Shown: positions 16,415-26,127, counted from the stretch's first letter. The stretch: 64,000 nucleotides of DNA from an uncultured Mollicutes bacterium (GCA_900540365.1 UQFN01000005.1:21231-85230), one strand, 5' to 3'. Program-made: numbers and translations. Notes: a model not told the origin generated them from the letters alone.

Positions 16415-17947
16415 TTATTTATCCTCCTTCATATCACCTAAGGTAAGTTTAGCAGCTAAATCTCCACTTAAATATGAAGAATTATATCCACTACTTCTAA
16501 CTGCGTGACCACCACAGAATCTTAGTCCTTTTAAATCTTCCTCAGCATACATTGTAGTTAATCTAGCCATCATATTGTCTAAATCTTCTGTTAAATAACC
16601 ATAAATCGTTCCATCTGGAGCATCTGTATAGTGAGCATAAGTTAATGGAGTACCAACTTCAATTTCTTCAATATAATCATGAATATTTGTATTAGTAGCT
16701 TTTTCAAAAGTTTCGATAAATTGTTTTGCTAAGCGATCTTTTAAATCAAAATAATTTTCTTTAGTTAACGCTTTTTCAAAACAATCTCCAAAGTATAAAG
16801 ATGTAAAGTACATAATAGTTGTTCCTTTTGGTGAACAATTAGGAAGCGCATTATTTAATACAACAACTACTTGACCATGATTTGAAATATTTTTCATTGT
16901 TTCAAATTGTTTATTTGAATCTAAATAATCGTAAATAAAATATGAATAATCTTTAAGACCAAGTTCTTGAGGAGTTTTGTTTAATCCTAAGAAAATTGAA
17001 AATCCTCGACCAGCTAATTTATTAAAGTTGGCTTTCTTAACTTGCCAAAGCGGAACATCTTTTTTATCAACCATTTTTCCATAAACACTAACTGGCATTG
17101 CATTTGAAACTATATGTTTAGTTTTTATAATAGTTCCACTAGCTAATACTGCTCCACTAACTACACCGTTTTCAGTTAAAATTTTTACAACTTCATCGCC
17201 ATAAAAAATTTCTCCGCCATGTTTTCTAATTGCATCTTCTAAAGCTTGACTTATTCCATGACTTCTAGTAGTTGGAATTTGTGCTTTTAAACTAATGTAA
17301 AGATAAACCATTATGCAGTAATGAGTAAATCCTAAGTGTGCTGTTGGAGCACCTAAATATGACCAATAAGTTCCCAATATTTCTTGAGCTTTCTTAGGCA
17401 TCTTAATAGCTTTCAAAACTTTATCTGTTGAATAAGTCGCTGTACGCATAAAGTTAGGATATTTTTCCATCATAACTTTAGTATCAGGTTGACCACGCGA
17501 AAGATTTAAATATTTTAAGGCTTCTTGAATTTCAGCGCCTAATTTAAAAAACGTTGTGACACTTTTTTTACTTCCTGGAACATATTCTTCCATTTTGTTA
17601 ATAAAATTTTCAATTCCAAAAGGTAAAGTATAATCTTCTTTAGTAGATAAAGAAATTACTCTAAAAGCTTCAGGAACATCAACAAATTCAATATCTTTTA
17701 AAACATCAAAATCCTTGAATAATTCATATAAATTTCCATGTAAATCTTCGTGTCCGAAATCACATAATTCATGTAATGAGGCTTCAAATTCAAATCTTCC
17801 TCTTATAAACGAAGTGGCAAATCCTCCACCTAAAAGATGTCGTTCAACTAAAAGAACTTTCTTATTACTTTTTGCTAGTCTTAAAGCAGCAGCTAATCCA
17901 CCATTACCAGCACCAATAACAAGAGCATCGTAAGTTAATGTAGTCAT
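16415..17947 (-). CDS. NAD(P)/FAD-dependent oxidoreductase, phytoene-desaturase (CrtI/COG1233) superfamily
   Basis: Dinucleotide fold YDALVIGAGNGGLAAALRLAKSNKKVLLVERH. 510 aa. The stop is 1 nt from the ATG of the reductase gene. Confidence 0.75.
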   Translation of the reverse strand: MTTLTYDALVIGAGNGGLAAALRLAKSNKKVLLVERHLLGGGFATSFIRGRFEFEASLHELCDFGHEDLHGNLYELFKDFDVLKDIEFVDVPEAFRVISLSTKEDYTLPFGIENFINKMEEYVPGSKKSVTTFFKLGAEIQEALKYLNLSRGQPDTKVMMEKYPNFMRTATYSTDKVLKAIKMPKKAQEILGTYWSYLGAPTAHLGFTHYCIMVYLYISLKAQIPTTRSHGISQALEDAIRKHGGEIFYGDEVVKILTENGVVSGAVLASGTIIKTKHIVSNAMPVSVYGKMVDKKDVPLWQVKKANFNKLAGRGFSIFLGLNKTPQELGLKDYSYFIYDYLDSNKQFETMKNISNHGQVVVVLNNALPNCSPKGTTIMYFTSLYFGDCFEKALTKENYFDLKDRLAKQFIETFEKATNTNIHDYIEEIEVGTPLTYAHYTDAPDGTIYGYLTEDLDNMMARLTTMYAEEDLKGLRFCGGHAVRSSGYNSSYLSGDLAAKLTLGDMKEDK

Positions 17948-17975
17948 ATTTCCTCCTATTAAATTAATATTTTAA

Positions 17976-18200
17976 TTATTTAGCAAAAATTAAGTGTTTA
18001 AATAAAACAACCCAAACACAATCAATCCAACCATTTAAAACCGGAATAAAGACTCCAAATATAAGTCCAATTATTGTCTTTAAATTTATTTTATAAAAAA
18101 TTGCACTAACTCTAACAATAATTTCAACAACATAATTAACTCCTGGAATTAATAAAAGAATTAATTGAATTAAACGTGGTAATTTATTAAATGTTTTCAT
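17976..18200 (-). CDS. Small two-TM membrane protein
   Basis: 74-aa hydrophobic ORF upstream of the oxidoreductase pair on the same strand. Confidence 0.45.
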   Translation of the reverse strand: MKTFNKLPRLIQLILLLIPGVNYVVEIIVRVSAIFYKINLKTIIGLIFGVFIPVLNGWIDCVWVVLFKHLIFAK

Positions 18201-18253
18201 AAAATCTCCTTAATATTATTGTATAACAATTAAAGTGTAATTTAAATTTTTTT

Positions 18254-18280
18254 AAAAAATAGTTGAGTTTTAGATGGTTT
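18254..18280. repeat. Copy of dispersed ~28-nt intergenic motif (reverse orientation)
   Basis: aaaaaatagttgagttttagatggttt, abutting the asnA stop. Confidence 0.55.
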
Positions 18281-19283
18281 ATAGTAAAATAACGCCTCTT
18301 TTTTCAAAATAATCTTTAGTTGATTGACTCCATAAAGAAGCTTGAACTTCTCCAATATGTAATTTTTTTAACATAAATAAGCAAACACGAGACTGACCAA
18401 TTCCCCCACCAAAAGTTAAAGGAATAACATCATTCAAAATCTTTTGATGATAATCATATTTTAAATAATCTTCATGTTTAGTTTCTTTTAACTGTTTAAC
18501 AAGAGAAACTTTATCAACTCTTATTCCAAGTGAAGAAATTTCAATAGCATTATCTAAAATTGGATTATATAAATATATATCTCCATTTAAATTCCAATCA
18601 TCATAATCAGGAGCACGATCATCATGAGGCATATTGTTAGATAATTTATTACCTATTCCAATTACGAATACTGCTTTATGTTCTTTAACATACTCATTAA
18701 CGCGTTCGTTTGGATTTAAATTTGGATAAATTTGTAATAATTCTTCGCTAGTAATAAAACTAATTTCTTTAGGAAGAATTGCTTTAATTTTGTATTCTAA
18801 TTCAACATATTGTTCTAAATCATATACGCATTTATAAATTTTCTTAACATAAGTTTTTAAGAAATTAAGATTACGATCGTTTTCATTAATAATTAATTCA
18901 AAATCCCATTGATCTACATATATTGAATGATAATTATCTCTTAATTCATCCTTTCTAATAGCGTTCATATCTGTATATAATCCTTGATGAACTTTAAAAC
19001 CATAACGATTAATATTTAATCTTTTCCATTTTGCTAGTGAATGAACAATTTCTATTTTATTTGTAAAATCTTTTAAAGAAAAATTTACTGGTACTTCTTT
19101 TCCACTAAGTCCATCATTAATTCCTTGATTAGATTCTACAAATAAAGGAGCGGTTACTCTTGTTAAATCTAAATTTTTAGATAATAAACTTTCAAATCTT
19201 TCACGAATATCTTTAATTGCTATTTCAGTTTCTTTTAAAGTTAATGCGCTTTTATATCCTTCAACGTAAATAAAGTTTTCCAT
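18279..19283 (-). CDS. asnA: Aspartate--ammonia ligase (asparagine synthetase A)
   Basis: 334 aa. N-terminal KETEIAIKDIRERFE...LTRVTAPLF and C-terminal GGGIGQSRVCLFMLKKLHIGEVQASLW are AsnA hallmarks. Confidence 0.9.
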   Translation of the reverse strand: MENFIYVEGYKSALTLKETEIAIKDIRERFESLLSKNLDLTRVTAPLFVESNQGINDGLSGKEVPVNFSLKDFTNKIEIVHSLAKWKRLNINRYGFKVHQGLYTDMNAIRKDELRDNYHSIYVDQWDFELIINENDRNLNFLKTYVKKIYKCVYDLEQYVELEYKIKAILPKEISFITSEELLQIYPNLNPNERVNEYVKEHKAVFVIGIGNKLSNNMPHDDRAPDYDDWNLNGDIYLYNPILDNAIEISSLGIRVDKVSLVKQLKETKHEDYLKYDYHQKILNDVIPLTFGGGIGQSRVCLFMLKKLHIGEVQASLWSQSTKDYFEKRGVILL

Positions 19284-19403
19284 ATTTAATTTCCTTTACT
19301 TTTTTAATTATCTTAAAAATACAATAAAAAACAACATATAAATGTTGTTTAAGGTTATTTTTTGCCTTAAATAGTGTATTATGTTTAAAAAAGGAGGATA
19401 GCT

Positions 19404-20393
19404 ATGATTAAAATCTATGAAGAAGTTAATGATGGACTCGATTATAAAAAATTCAAAAATGATGATGATAGTTATTTAGATGTTATTCATCCTCGTGTTT
19501 TAATTGATGTTACTTCACCAAATTTAGAAATGCTTGAAAAAATTTCAAACGCTACTTCTCTTCCATTACAATCTTTACAACTTTCTTTAGATACAGAAGA
19601 GATGGCTCACGTTGATTTTGATGAAACTTCGAATTTAATTGTTATCGACATTCCTTCAAGTGACGACGATGATCGATTTTTTACAATGCCATTTTTTATT
19701 TGCTTTAATGATCAATATATGGTCACAATTTGTAAAAAAAGAAATGATATTTTAAAAAATGTTATTAAAAATGCTAAAAAGTTCGAACCACATAAACATA
19801 CAAGAACAACTTTATTTATTCTTTATCGAATTGCACAAGAATATATTAAATCACTTCGTGAAATCGATAAAAGAACTCGTGATGTTGAAACTAAGTTACA
19901 CGATTCGACGAAAAATAAAGAACTTATTGAATTAATGGATTTAAATAAAATGTTAGTCTATTTTTCAACATCATTAAATAGTAATAAAGCTGTTACTTTG
20001 AAACTTTTACGTTCTACATTATTTAGACAATATGAAGCAAATCAAGACTTAATGGAAGATTTAGTTGTTGAAAACGATCAGGCAATTGAAATGTGTAATA
20101 TTTATCGTGACATTTTAGCTGGTACTATGGATGCTTTTGCTAGTATCATTTCAAATAACTTAAATGTTGTTATGAAAACTTTAGCAATTATTACAATTGT
20201 TTTATCAATTCCAACAATGGTTTCTGGTTTTTATGGAATGAATGTCTCTAACGTTCCTCTTGGTGAAAATAATTATGCCTTTTGGATTATAATTGGAATC
20301 AGTGGTATATTAGCCTTTATTGCAGGAATTTGTTTCTTCTTTTATGGAAGAAAAAGTCGTACAAAAACGTTTAAAAAAAGAGGCAAAAAATAA
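19404..20393 (+). CDS. corA: CorA-family Mg2+/Co2+ transporter
   Basis: RBS AAAGGAGG. Two C-terminal TM helices with the GFYGMNV (GMN) motif. Confidence 0.85.
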   Translation: MIKIYEEVNDGLDYKKFKNDDDSYLDVIHPRVLIDVTSPNLEMLEKISNATSLPLQSLQLSLDTEEMAHVDFDETSNLIVIDIPSSDDDDRFFTMPFFICFNDQYMVTICKKRNDILKNVIKNAKKFEPHKHTRTTLFILYRIAQEYIKSLREIDKRTRDVETKLHDSTKNKELIELMDLNKMLVYFSTSLNSNKAVTLKLLRSTLFRQYEANQDLMEDLVVENDQAIEMCNIYRDILAGTMDAFASIISNNLNVVMKTLAIITIVLSIPTMVSGFYGMNVSNVPLGENNYAFWIIIGISGILAFIAGICFFFYGRKSRTKTFKKRGKK

Positions 20394-20437
20394 AATTTTA
20401 TCTTAGATTAGCAGGGTTTTTTAATAAATTAATAAGT

Positions 20438-21469
20438 TTAGAAGCATTTTTGTTTTCTAAATTTTTTGCATTCTTGTTCTTTTCCACAGTGATAACAAAC
20501 TTCGTTATTATTAAAGACATTTTCAAAATGATCTAACAAATTTTGAGTAGTTGTATCAGCTATATTATTTAAAGCTTCGTTAGTTAAGAAGGCTTGATGA
20601 GAAGTTACTAAAACATTTGGCATCGCAATTAATTGTAATAAGATATCATCATTTATAATGTGATTTGATTTATCTTCGTAAAATAAGTCACTTTCTTCTT
20701 CATAAACATCTAAACAAGCAGCACCAACTTTTCTTTCTTTAATTCCATTTAATAAATCTAAAGAATTAATTAAAGCTCCACGGCTTGTATTTAAAATAAT
20801 GACGCCTTTTTTCATCAAATTAATTGAATCTTTATTAATAAGATGTTTTGTTTCTTCAGTTAATGGACAATGTAAAGAAATAATGTCACTTTCTTTAAAT
20901 AATGTTTCAAGATCTACATAAGTTCCTTTTACGTCTTTTGAAGGAAATTTATCATAACAAAGAACTTTCATGTTAAATCCATTACAAATGTTAATAAAGA
21001 TTCTTCCAATATTTCCGGTTCCAATTACTCCAATAGTTTTATTATTTAAATCCATTCCAGTTAAACCATTTAAAGAAAAGTTGTATTCTCTAGTGCGATT
21101 ATAGGCTTTATGAATTCTTCGATTAATAGTTAATAACATCGCCATAGTATGTTCTGCTACTGCATAAGGAGAATAAGAAGGGACTCGGTAAATATGGATT
21201 TTGTTAAAAGCGTGTTTAACATCGACATTATTAAATCCAGCACATCTTAACAAAATTGCTTTTACCTTTAATTTATATAATTCATCAATTACTTCTTTAG
21301 AAACATCATCATTAACAAATACACAAACAGCATCAAAACCATTAGCTAAGCCAACAGTCGTAATATTTAATTTATCTTCAAAGTAAGTAATTTCAATATT
21401 TCTTAACTTTGCATAATAATCAAAGGATAATTTATCATAAGGTTTTGCATCAAAAAAAGCTAATTTCAT
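20438..21469 (-). CDS. ldhA: D-lactate dehydrogenase (D-2-hydroxyacid dehydrogenase) with Cys-rich C-terminal tail
   Basis: GGAGGTG is the RBS, so ATG 21469 (MKLAFFDAKPYDK) is the likely start. The sequence is colinear with E. coli LdhA (MKLAVYSTKQYDK..AVCIFVNDD..LRCAGFNNVD). NAD site is GVIGTGNIG. The tail reads CYHCGKEQECKKFRKQKC. Confidence 0.85.
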   Translation of the reverse strand: MKLAFFDAKPYDKLSFDYYAKLRNIEITYFEDKLNITTVGLANGFDAVCVFVNDDVSKEVIDELYKLKVKAILLRCAGFNNVDVKHAFNKIHIYRVPSYSPYAVAEHTMAMLLTINRRIHKAYNRTREYNFSLNGLTGMDLNNKTIGVIGTGNIGRIFINICNGFNMKVLCYDKFPSKDVKGTYVDLETLFKESDIISLHCPLTEETKHLINKDSINLMKKGVIILNTSRGALINSLDLLNGIKERKVGAACLDVYEEESDLFYEDKSNHIINDDILLQLIAMPNVLVTSHQAFLTNEALNNIADTTTQNLLDHFENVFNNNEVCYHCGKEQECKKFRKQKCF

Positions 21470-21545
21470 AATTTTCACCTCCATTTTTATATTAAAGATA
21501 ATATGAAAATTTAAAAGAAATATGCTTTTTTATTTTTAAAATTAT

Positions 21546-21974
21546 TTATAAACTTAAATCAAATCTTTCAATGACTTTTTTTACTTTTTTATATATTTCA
21601 ATTCGAAACAATTCATCTTTTTCTCTTGAATAAAAAACGTATAGTTCCTTATGATTTATAAAAACTTTTTTATAAGTAACTTCTTCAAAGAAATATCTTT
21701 TATTTTTATAAATTATATATTTTCGATTAAAGTTAAAATAAACTTTTCTTTTAATTCGAGGCAAAAAAGTAAAAAAGACAAAAAACATTAATAAAACCGC
21801 TACTACAATTATTGCAATAAAAGTAACTGGAATATCATTTTGAAAATCATCATAATTAACACCAATTAATATCACAAAAGTAATTGGAACAACTGCTAAA
21901 AGAAAAAGCAAAATGAGCATTGTAATTAATGAGGAAATATCTTCAAAAACGCTTTCTAATTCATTACTTTTCAT
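21546..21974 (-). CDS. Membrane protein with two TM helices and a small C-terminal domain
   Basis: 142-aa ORF; no family recognised. Confidence 0.45.
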   Translation of the reverse strand: MKSNELESVFEDISSLITMLILLFLLAVVPITFVILIGVNYDDFQNDIPVTFIAIIVVAVLLMFFVFFTFLPRIKRKVYFNFNRKYIIYKNKRYFFEEVTYKKVFINHKELYVFYSREKDELFRIEIYKKVKKVIERFDLSL

Positions 21975-22046
21975 AATATAAATAGATTATAAGTTAATAA
22001 AAGGTAAATAAAAAGGACTTTATTAAGTCCTTTAATTTTATTTTAT

Positions 22047-22715
22047 TTAGAAAAATACTTCTCTAGCTTTTTCTTTAATTTCTTTGGTAGCGCTAAATGG
22101 AATTCTAGTTGTATATCCAGCTCTTGCTGCAACAATCATTTTAACTGGCCAAGCATTGACATCTCTATTCCAAGCATTTACTGAATCATTATAAAGCTCT
22201 CTAGCTGCAGTAATTTCTCTTTGTAAATATGAATTTTGTTGTAAACAATCAGCAATTTCATTATGTGCTTTTAAATCTGGATAATTTTCAAAAGCTACAT
22301 TAATTTTAGCTGCAACATTATCTACTTTAGTAGCAATTTCATTTCTTAAAGCATCATTATCAGGATTTGCTCCACCTCGATAAGCTGCAATTTGAGTCAA
22401 TGTATCTTTATCTAAATCAATTGCTTTATCAAGTAATTTAGCAGCATTTGATAAAATGACTACTCTTTGTTCAAGATAATTATCAATTTGGCTTGCGTCA
22501 TGTTGAATTTTCTGCTCTAATTGGCGGAAATAATTTTGAGCTTTAATTTTTAAAATTAAAAAAATAACACCTGGAATTATTCCACAAATCCATAACATAA
22601 TTTCAAAAATTGTACTGCCAACACCAACTTTAATTGGAATTTGTTTAGCAATTACATTTACATCGCGACCTTGTTCTAAAACTGGTCCAGTTAATTCATC
22701 TAATTGATTAGCCAT
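22047..22715 (-). CDS. lemA: LemA family protein
   Basis: One TM (IFEIMLWICGIIPGVIFLIL) followed by LemA-type helices (..AFENYPDLKAH..REITAARELYNDSVNAWN..WP). Confidence 0.85.
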   Translation of the reverse strand: MANQLDELTGPVLEQGRDVNVIAKQIPIKVGVGSTIFEIMLWICGIIPGVIFLILKIKAQNYFRQLEQKIQHDASQIDNYLEQRVVILSNAAKLLDKAIDLDKDTLTQIAAYRGGANPDNDALRNEIATKVDNVAAKINVAFENYPDLKAHNEIADCLQQNSYLQREITAARELYNDSVNAWNRDVNAWPVKMIVAARAGYTTRIPFSATKEIKEKAREVFF

Positions 22716-22727
22716 TTTTGTCCTCCT

Positions 22728-24569
22728 TTAATTTTTATGGTTAATATTATTAAATAACGAATTTACATTCTTGTCATCTTCTAAAGTGACTTCCTTATCA
22801 ATAAGCCATGCAAATAAACCTCTTTGATAAGACATATTTGTTGGAAGACGATTCATTTGCTTTTGAATAAGATCATTAAATGTTAAATAAGTCCAATTAG
22901 AAGATTTAACATCTTTTAATGCCATTAAAGATGTTCTTTCAAGTGGAATATATTCATCATAATAAACAGGAATCGAATGCATTCTTCCATCTCCACCCAT
23001 TTGGCTTACATATTCTACTCTTTGTACTGTTTTATAAGAATAGGCTTTTACTTCAATATTATCGATACTTCCAACTTTACTTAAAAAATGAGTTTTAAGC
23101 ATTACTTTAGTTACGCTTTCAGGATGAGCAAATAATTTTGGATCGAAACTATTAGCCAAAGTTTCTGCTTCATAATTTGTATAATTAGACAAAAAATCTT
23201 TATTGTAAATATATTCGATCGGTTTATGCTGTTGATATAAAGGTATCGATAATAAAGGAGCTAAATCAAAATATAAACTTTGGAAAAAATTATTCATATA
23301 ATCAACAAATATCTTTTTCAAAGCTTCTAAATCATGACTTTGAAATAAAGAAGGATTTGCTGTATAGTTCGTAATTTGAGAATGCTTAGAAGAAATTATA
23401 TTTAATGGACCATATTTATTAAAATAAAAATCATCTCCATAAGGTTCTTTGGAAGTTAAAAGTTCAACATAATTAGTTTGAGCTAGTGGCGTAAATAAAA
23501 GTCTATATTCAACTTCATTATTTCGATCTACTGCACCAAATAAAGACTCAAATTCTGTATTCGCCATTAAAGTAAACTTTTTACCTTTTTTAATAGCTTT
23601 TCTTGATAATTTTTCTAATTTCTTTTCTTTATTTTCAACAAATTTTTCTAAATCTTTTTCATCGTCACCATCATAATTTGAAGGTTTTCTTGTAAAAATT
23701 AAATTTGGTGCTGCTTCATTTCCATAGACTAAATATGTTTCTTGACCATAATATGGGCAAGGTTTTTGCACACTAGCAGTTAAGACTTGTGTTTTAGTTA
23801 CAGTGTGCGATCTTCCTTGAGAATCACGAACAGTTTCAACCCAAGAAATTGTAATACTACCGTGATAAACTTTTGTTCCCATTTTAGTTTTATTATTAGT
23901 TACTACTAAAAATGGGTTCCCAACAATTGATCCGCTAACAACACAACAAGTTGATTTAGACTTTTCATCTAAATTTTTAAATCCATATTTATCATACATA
24001 TAGTTAAATTTTCTAACATCAAAGATTGGATCAAGATCAATTAATGGAGTTACTTTTTCAATAATTTTAGAAGGAATATTCCAATCAAAACACACCAATA
24101 ATGGATGAATTTGATTATAACAATCTTGATAATTTTTATTTTTAATTTTTGTTAATTGATTAAAAGTTTGCTCTGACAATTTAACTTTTTGTCTTAAAAC
24201 TTTAAAGTTAACAATAAATAAAATAATACTTACAACGATTAAACTAGCACCAACAGAAGTTAAAACAATAACATTTACTTCTTCTAAAAATAAACCAAAA
24301 AATAAACAAATTAAGCCTGCAACTAATGCTAATCCAGCTAAAATATAAAGAAAAATATACCAAGAGTTTAAAGAGTTAAATTTCTTTTGTGCTTTATCAG
24401 CTTTTGTTTTTGAAATATTATACTTTTTTACTAAAGCTTTATTTTCTTCTTTATTAACTTTAGAAATTTTTACTAGTTCTTCAAAATACTTATTGCTTTC
24501 ATCATTTATTTGATTTTTAAACTTAGTTTTATATAAATGTATAGGTTCTAATATTTGAGTATTTTCCAT
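22728..24569 (-). CDS. Large two-TM protein co-transcribed with lemA, function unknown
   Basis: 613 aa. It has an N-terminal coiled region, a TM hairpin (aa ~70-125) and a globular part of about 480 aa. The stop is 12 nt before the lemA ATG. Confidence 0.6.
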   Translation of the reverse strand: MENTQILEPIHLYKTKFKNQINDESNKYFEELVKISKVNKEENKALVKKYNISKTKADKAQKKFNSLNSWYIFLYILAGLALVAGLICLFFGLFLEEVNVIVLTSVGASLIVVSIILFIVNFKVLRQKVKLSEQTFNQLTKIKNKNYQDCYNQIHPLLVCFDWNIPSKIIEKVTPLIDLDPIFDVRKFNYMYDKYGFKNLDEKSKSTCCVVSGSIVGNPFLVVTNNKTKMGTKVYHGSITISWVETVRDSQGRSHTVTKTQVLTASVQKPCPYYGQETYLVYGNEAAPNLIFTRKPSNYDGDDEKDLEKFVENKEKKLEKLSRKAIKKGKKFTLMANTEFESLFGAVDRNNEVEYRLLFTPLAQTNYVELLTSKEPYGDDFYFNKYGPLNIISSKHSQITNYTANPSLFQSHDLEALKKIFVDYMNNFFQSLYFDLAPLLSIPLYQQHKPIEYIYNKDFLSNYTNYEAETLANSFDPKLFAHPESVTKVMLKTHFLSKVGSIDNIEVKAYSYKTVQRVEYVSQMGGDGRMHSIPVYYDEYIPLERTSLMALKDVKSSNWTYLTFNDLIQKQMNRLPTNMSYQRGLFAWLIDKEVTLEDDKNVNSLFNNINHKN

Positions 24570-24651
24570 ATAAACTTCCTTTATATTATTATTACATAAG
24601 TTGATAAAATTTAAAATTGTTTAAAAATAAACAAAATCACTAGTTTTTATT

Positions 24652-24680
24652 AAAAACCCTTTTAAACCCAATTATTTTTT
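24652..24680. repeat. Copy of dispersed ~28-nt intergenic motif (forward orientation)
   Basis: aaaaacccttttaaacccaattatttttt. Confidence 0.45.
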
Positions 24681-24700
24681 AAAAAATAAACTATTTTTTG

Positions 24701-25094
24701 TTTTAAATAAAATCTTTTAATAAGCTTTTGAATTTCAAATAAAACTAAAGAAACTAAAGAAATTAGTAACACATATAAATAATTAATTGGTTCTAAATAA
24801 ACTAATTGAAATATATTCATAACTTTAGGAGTAAAAACAATAAAAGCAACGACCCCTTAAGCTCCAAACAAAACGATGTAAAGCCATTTATTATGATCTT
24901 TTGGAGAAAAATAGAAACAATGTTTGATCTTTGATTAAACGAATGAATGATTTGTGAAATAGATAATACTAAAAATGACATAGTCATTGCAGCTTGAGGA
25001 TCTTTTAAACCTAATATTCAATACATATAAATACTAAAAAAACTTAAAGCAATAAAAATTCCATGGATTATTACCCTAATAGCTAAACTATTTG
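24701..25094 (-). pseudogene. Remnant of the C-terminal membrane domain of a P-type cation ATPase
   Basis: Hand translation gives ..YMY*ILGLKDPQAAMTMSFLVLSISQIIHSFNQRSNIVSIFSPKDHNKWLYIVLFGA*GVVAFIVFTPKVMNIFQLVYLEPINYLYVLLISLVSLVLFEIQKLIKRFYLK. It has in-frame TGA and TAA codons, and no ATPase body lies upstream. Confidence 0.6.
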
Positions 25095-25389
25095 CTATTC
25101 ATGATAAAGTTTTGCTAAAGGCTCAGTTTTAGCATAATATTCATCACTAGTTATTTCTTCCTTAATTTTATTTAATCGATTAAGAATAATCTCTTTTTCA
25201 TAATTAACATATTCATCAAAACTATTAAAATCTGGATATTTTGCTAAACAACCAACATCTAACATATCATTAAAACTATATCCTTAATATGAATAATCTA
25301 GAGGAAATTTTGTATTAACAAAATCGACAAAATTTTCGTTGTCGCTTTTAAATACTAATACACTACAGTTTTTTTAAATGTTCTTTCAT
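25095..25389 (-). pseudogene. Degraded small ORF of unknown family
   Basis: The ATG 25389 frame stops after 8 codons. Adding one nt to the T7 run at 25369-25375 restores ..CSVLVFKSDNENFVDFVNTKFPLDYSY*GYSFNDMLDVGCLAKYPDF..LAKLYHE. One in-frame TAA remains even then. Confidence 0.4.
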
Positions 25390-25401
25390 AATAAATTCTT
25401 T

Positions 25402-25429
25402 AAAAATAATTGAGTTTTAGAGATTTTTT
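25402..25429. repeat. Copy of dispersed ~28-nt intergenic motif (reverse orientation)
   Basis: aaaaataattgagttttagagatttttt. Confidence 0.55.
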
Positions 25430-25518
25430 CTTAAATTGATAGCTTTTTTACTTCCGTTCTTTATCTAAAATAGCATATTGATATGTATTTTCATATATAG
25501 GAGAGCCATCTTCTCTAT

Positions 25519-26127
25519 TTAAAAACTTTCTAAGTACTTTTTCTTTTGATCTTCCCAATATTTTTTATCTTCAAGAGTTATTTTTCTAATTACTTTGCAA
25601 GGATTTCCACACGCAATTACATTATCTTCAATATCATGAGTAACTACTGATCCAGATCCAATTACAACATTATTTCCAATTTTAACTCCAGCATTGATAG
25701 TCACATTCCCACCAATCCAAACATCATTGCCGATAACTACTTTATAACCATATTCTAATAATTCATTACGAATATCTTTATCTATTGGATGTCCAGCTGT
25801 AAATATATTAACTCTTGGCCCTAACATTACATTATTTCCAATAATAATTTCATTTACATCTAAAAATATACAATCCATATTTGCATAAAAATTATCACCT
25901 ACAGAAATATTGCAACCATAATCACATCTAAATGGATAATTAATAAATGCATTTGAACCAATGTGTTTAAACAATTTTCTTAACAAATCTTGTTTTGAAA
26001 CTGTGTCAGTGTTACTTTCATCATTAAAAAGTTTTAAAATACTTTTCTTATATTCATTTAGTTTACTTAACTCTTCATCGTTTGCTTTATAAAGCATTCC
26101 AGATAACATTCTTTCTTTTTGTGTCAT
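25519..26127 (-). CDS. maa: Maltose/galactoside O-acetyltransferase (left-handed beta-helix, hexapeptide repeats)
   Basis: Colinear with E. coli Maa: ERMLSGMLYKANDEEL.., FRCDYGCNISVGDNFYANMDC, GNDVWIGGNVTINAGVKIGNNVVIGSGSVV. Confidence 0.85.
   Translation of the reverse strand: MTQKERMLSGMLYKANDEELSKLNEYKKSILKLFNDESNTDTVSKQDLLRKLFKHIGSNAFINYPFRCDYGCNISVGDNFYANMDCIFLDVNEIIIGNNVMLGPRVNIFTAGHPIDKDIRNELLEYGYKVVIGNDVWIGGNVTINAGVKIGNNVVIGSGSVVTHDIEDNVIACGNPCKVIRKITLEDKKYWEDQKKKYLESF

Noticed and set aside
19329-19350. A 9-bp AT-rich hairpin (AAACAACAT-ataa-ATGTTGTTT) followed on the minus strand by a T-rich run, considered as a possible attenuator in the asnA leader
   Set aside because: The stem is entirely A/T plus two C:G pairs. 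It lies in a short divergent promoter region, and there is no room for a T-box or other known leader. I cannot distinguish it from chance in this composition.
24990-25020. The in-frame TGA in the P-type ATPase stub falls where a Trp might fit (YMY*ILGL). This could hint at origin from a code-4 mycoplasma or at TGA=Trp decoding.
   Set aside because: It is a single codon in a fragment that also has an in-frame TAA. TGA clearly functions as a stop in at least four intact overlapping genes here.
25411-25425. gagttttagag inside the dispersed motif resembles the start of type II-A CRISPR repeats (GTTTTAGAG)
   Set aside because: There is no array structure. Copies are single and kilobases apart, there are no regular spacers, and no cas genes are in the window.
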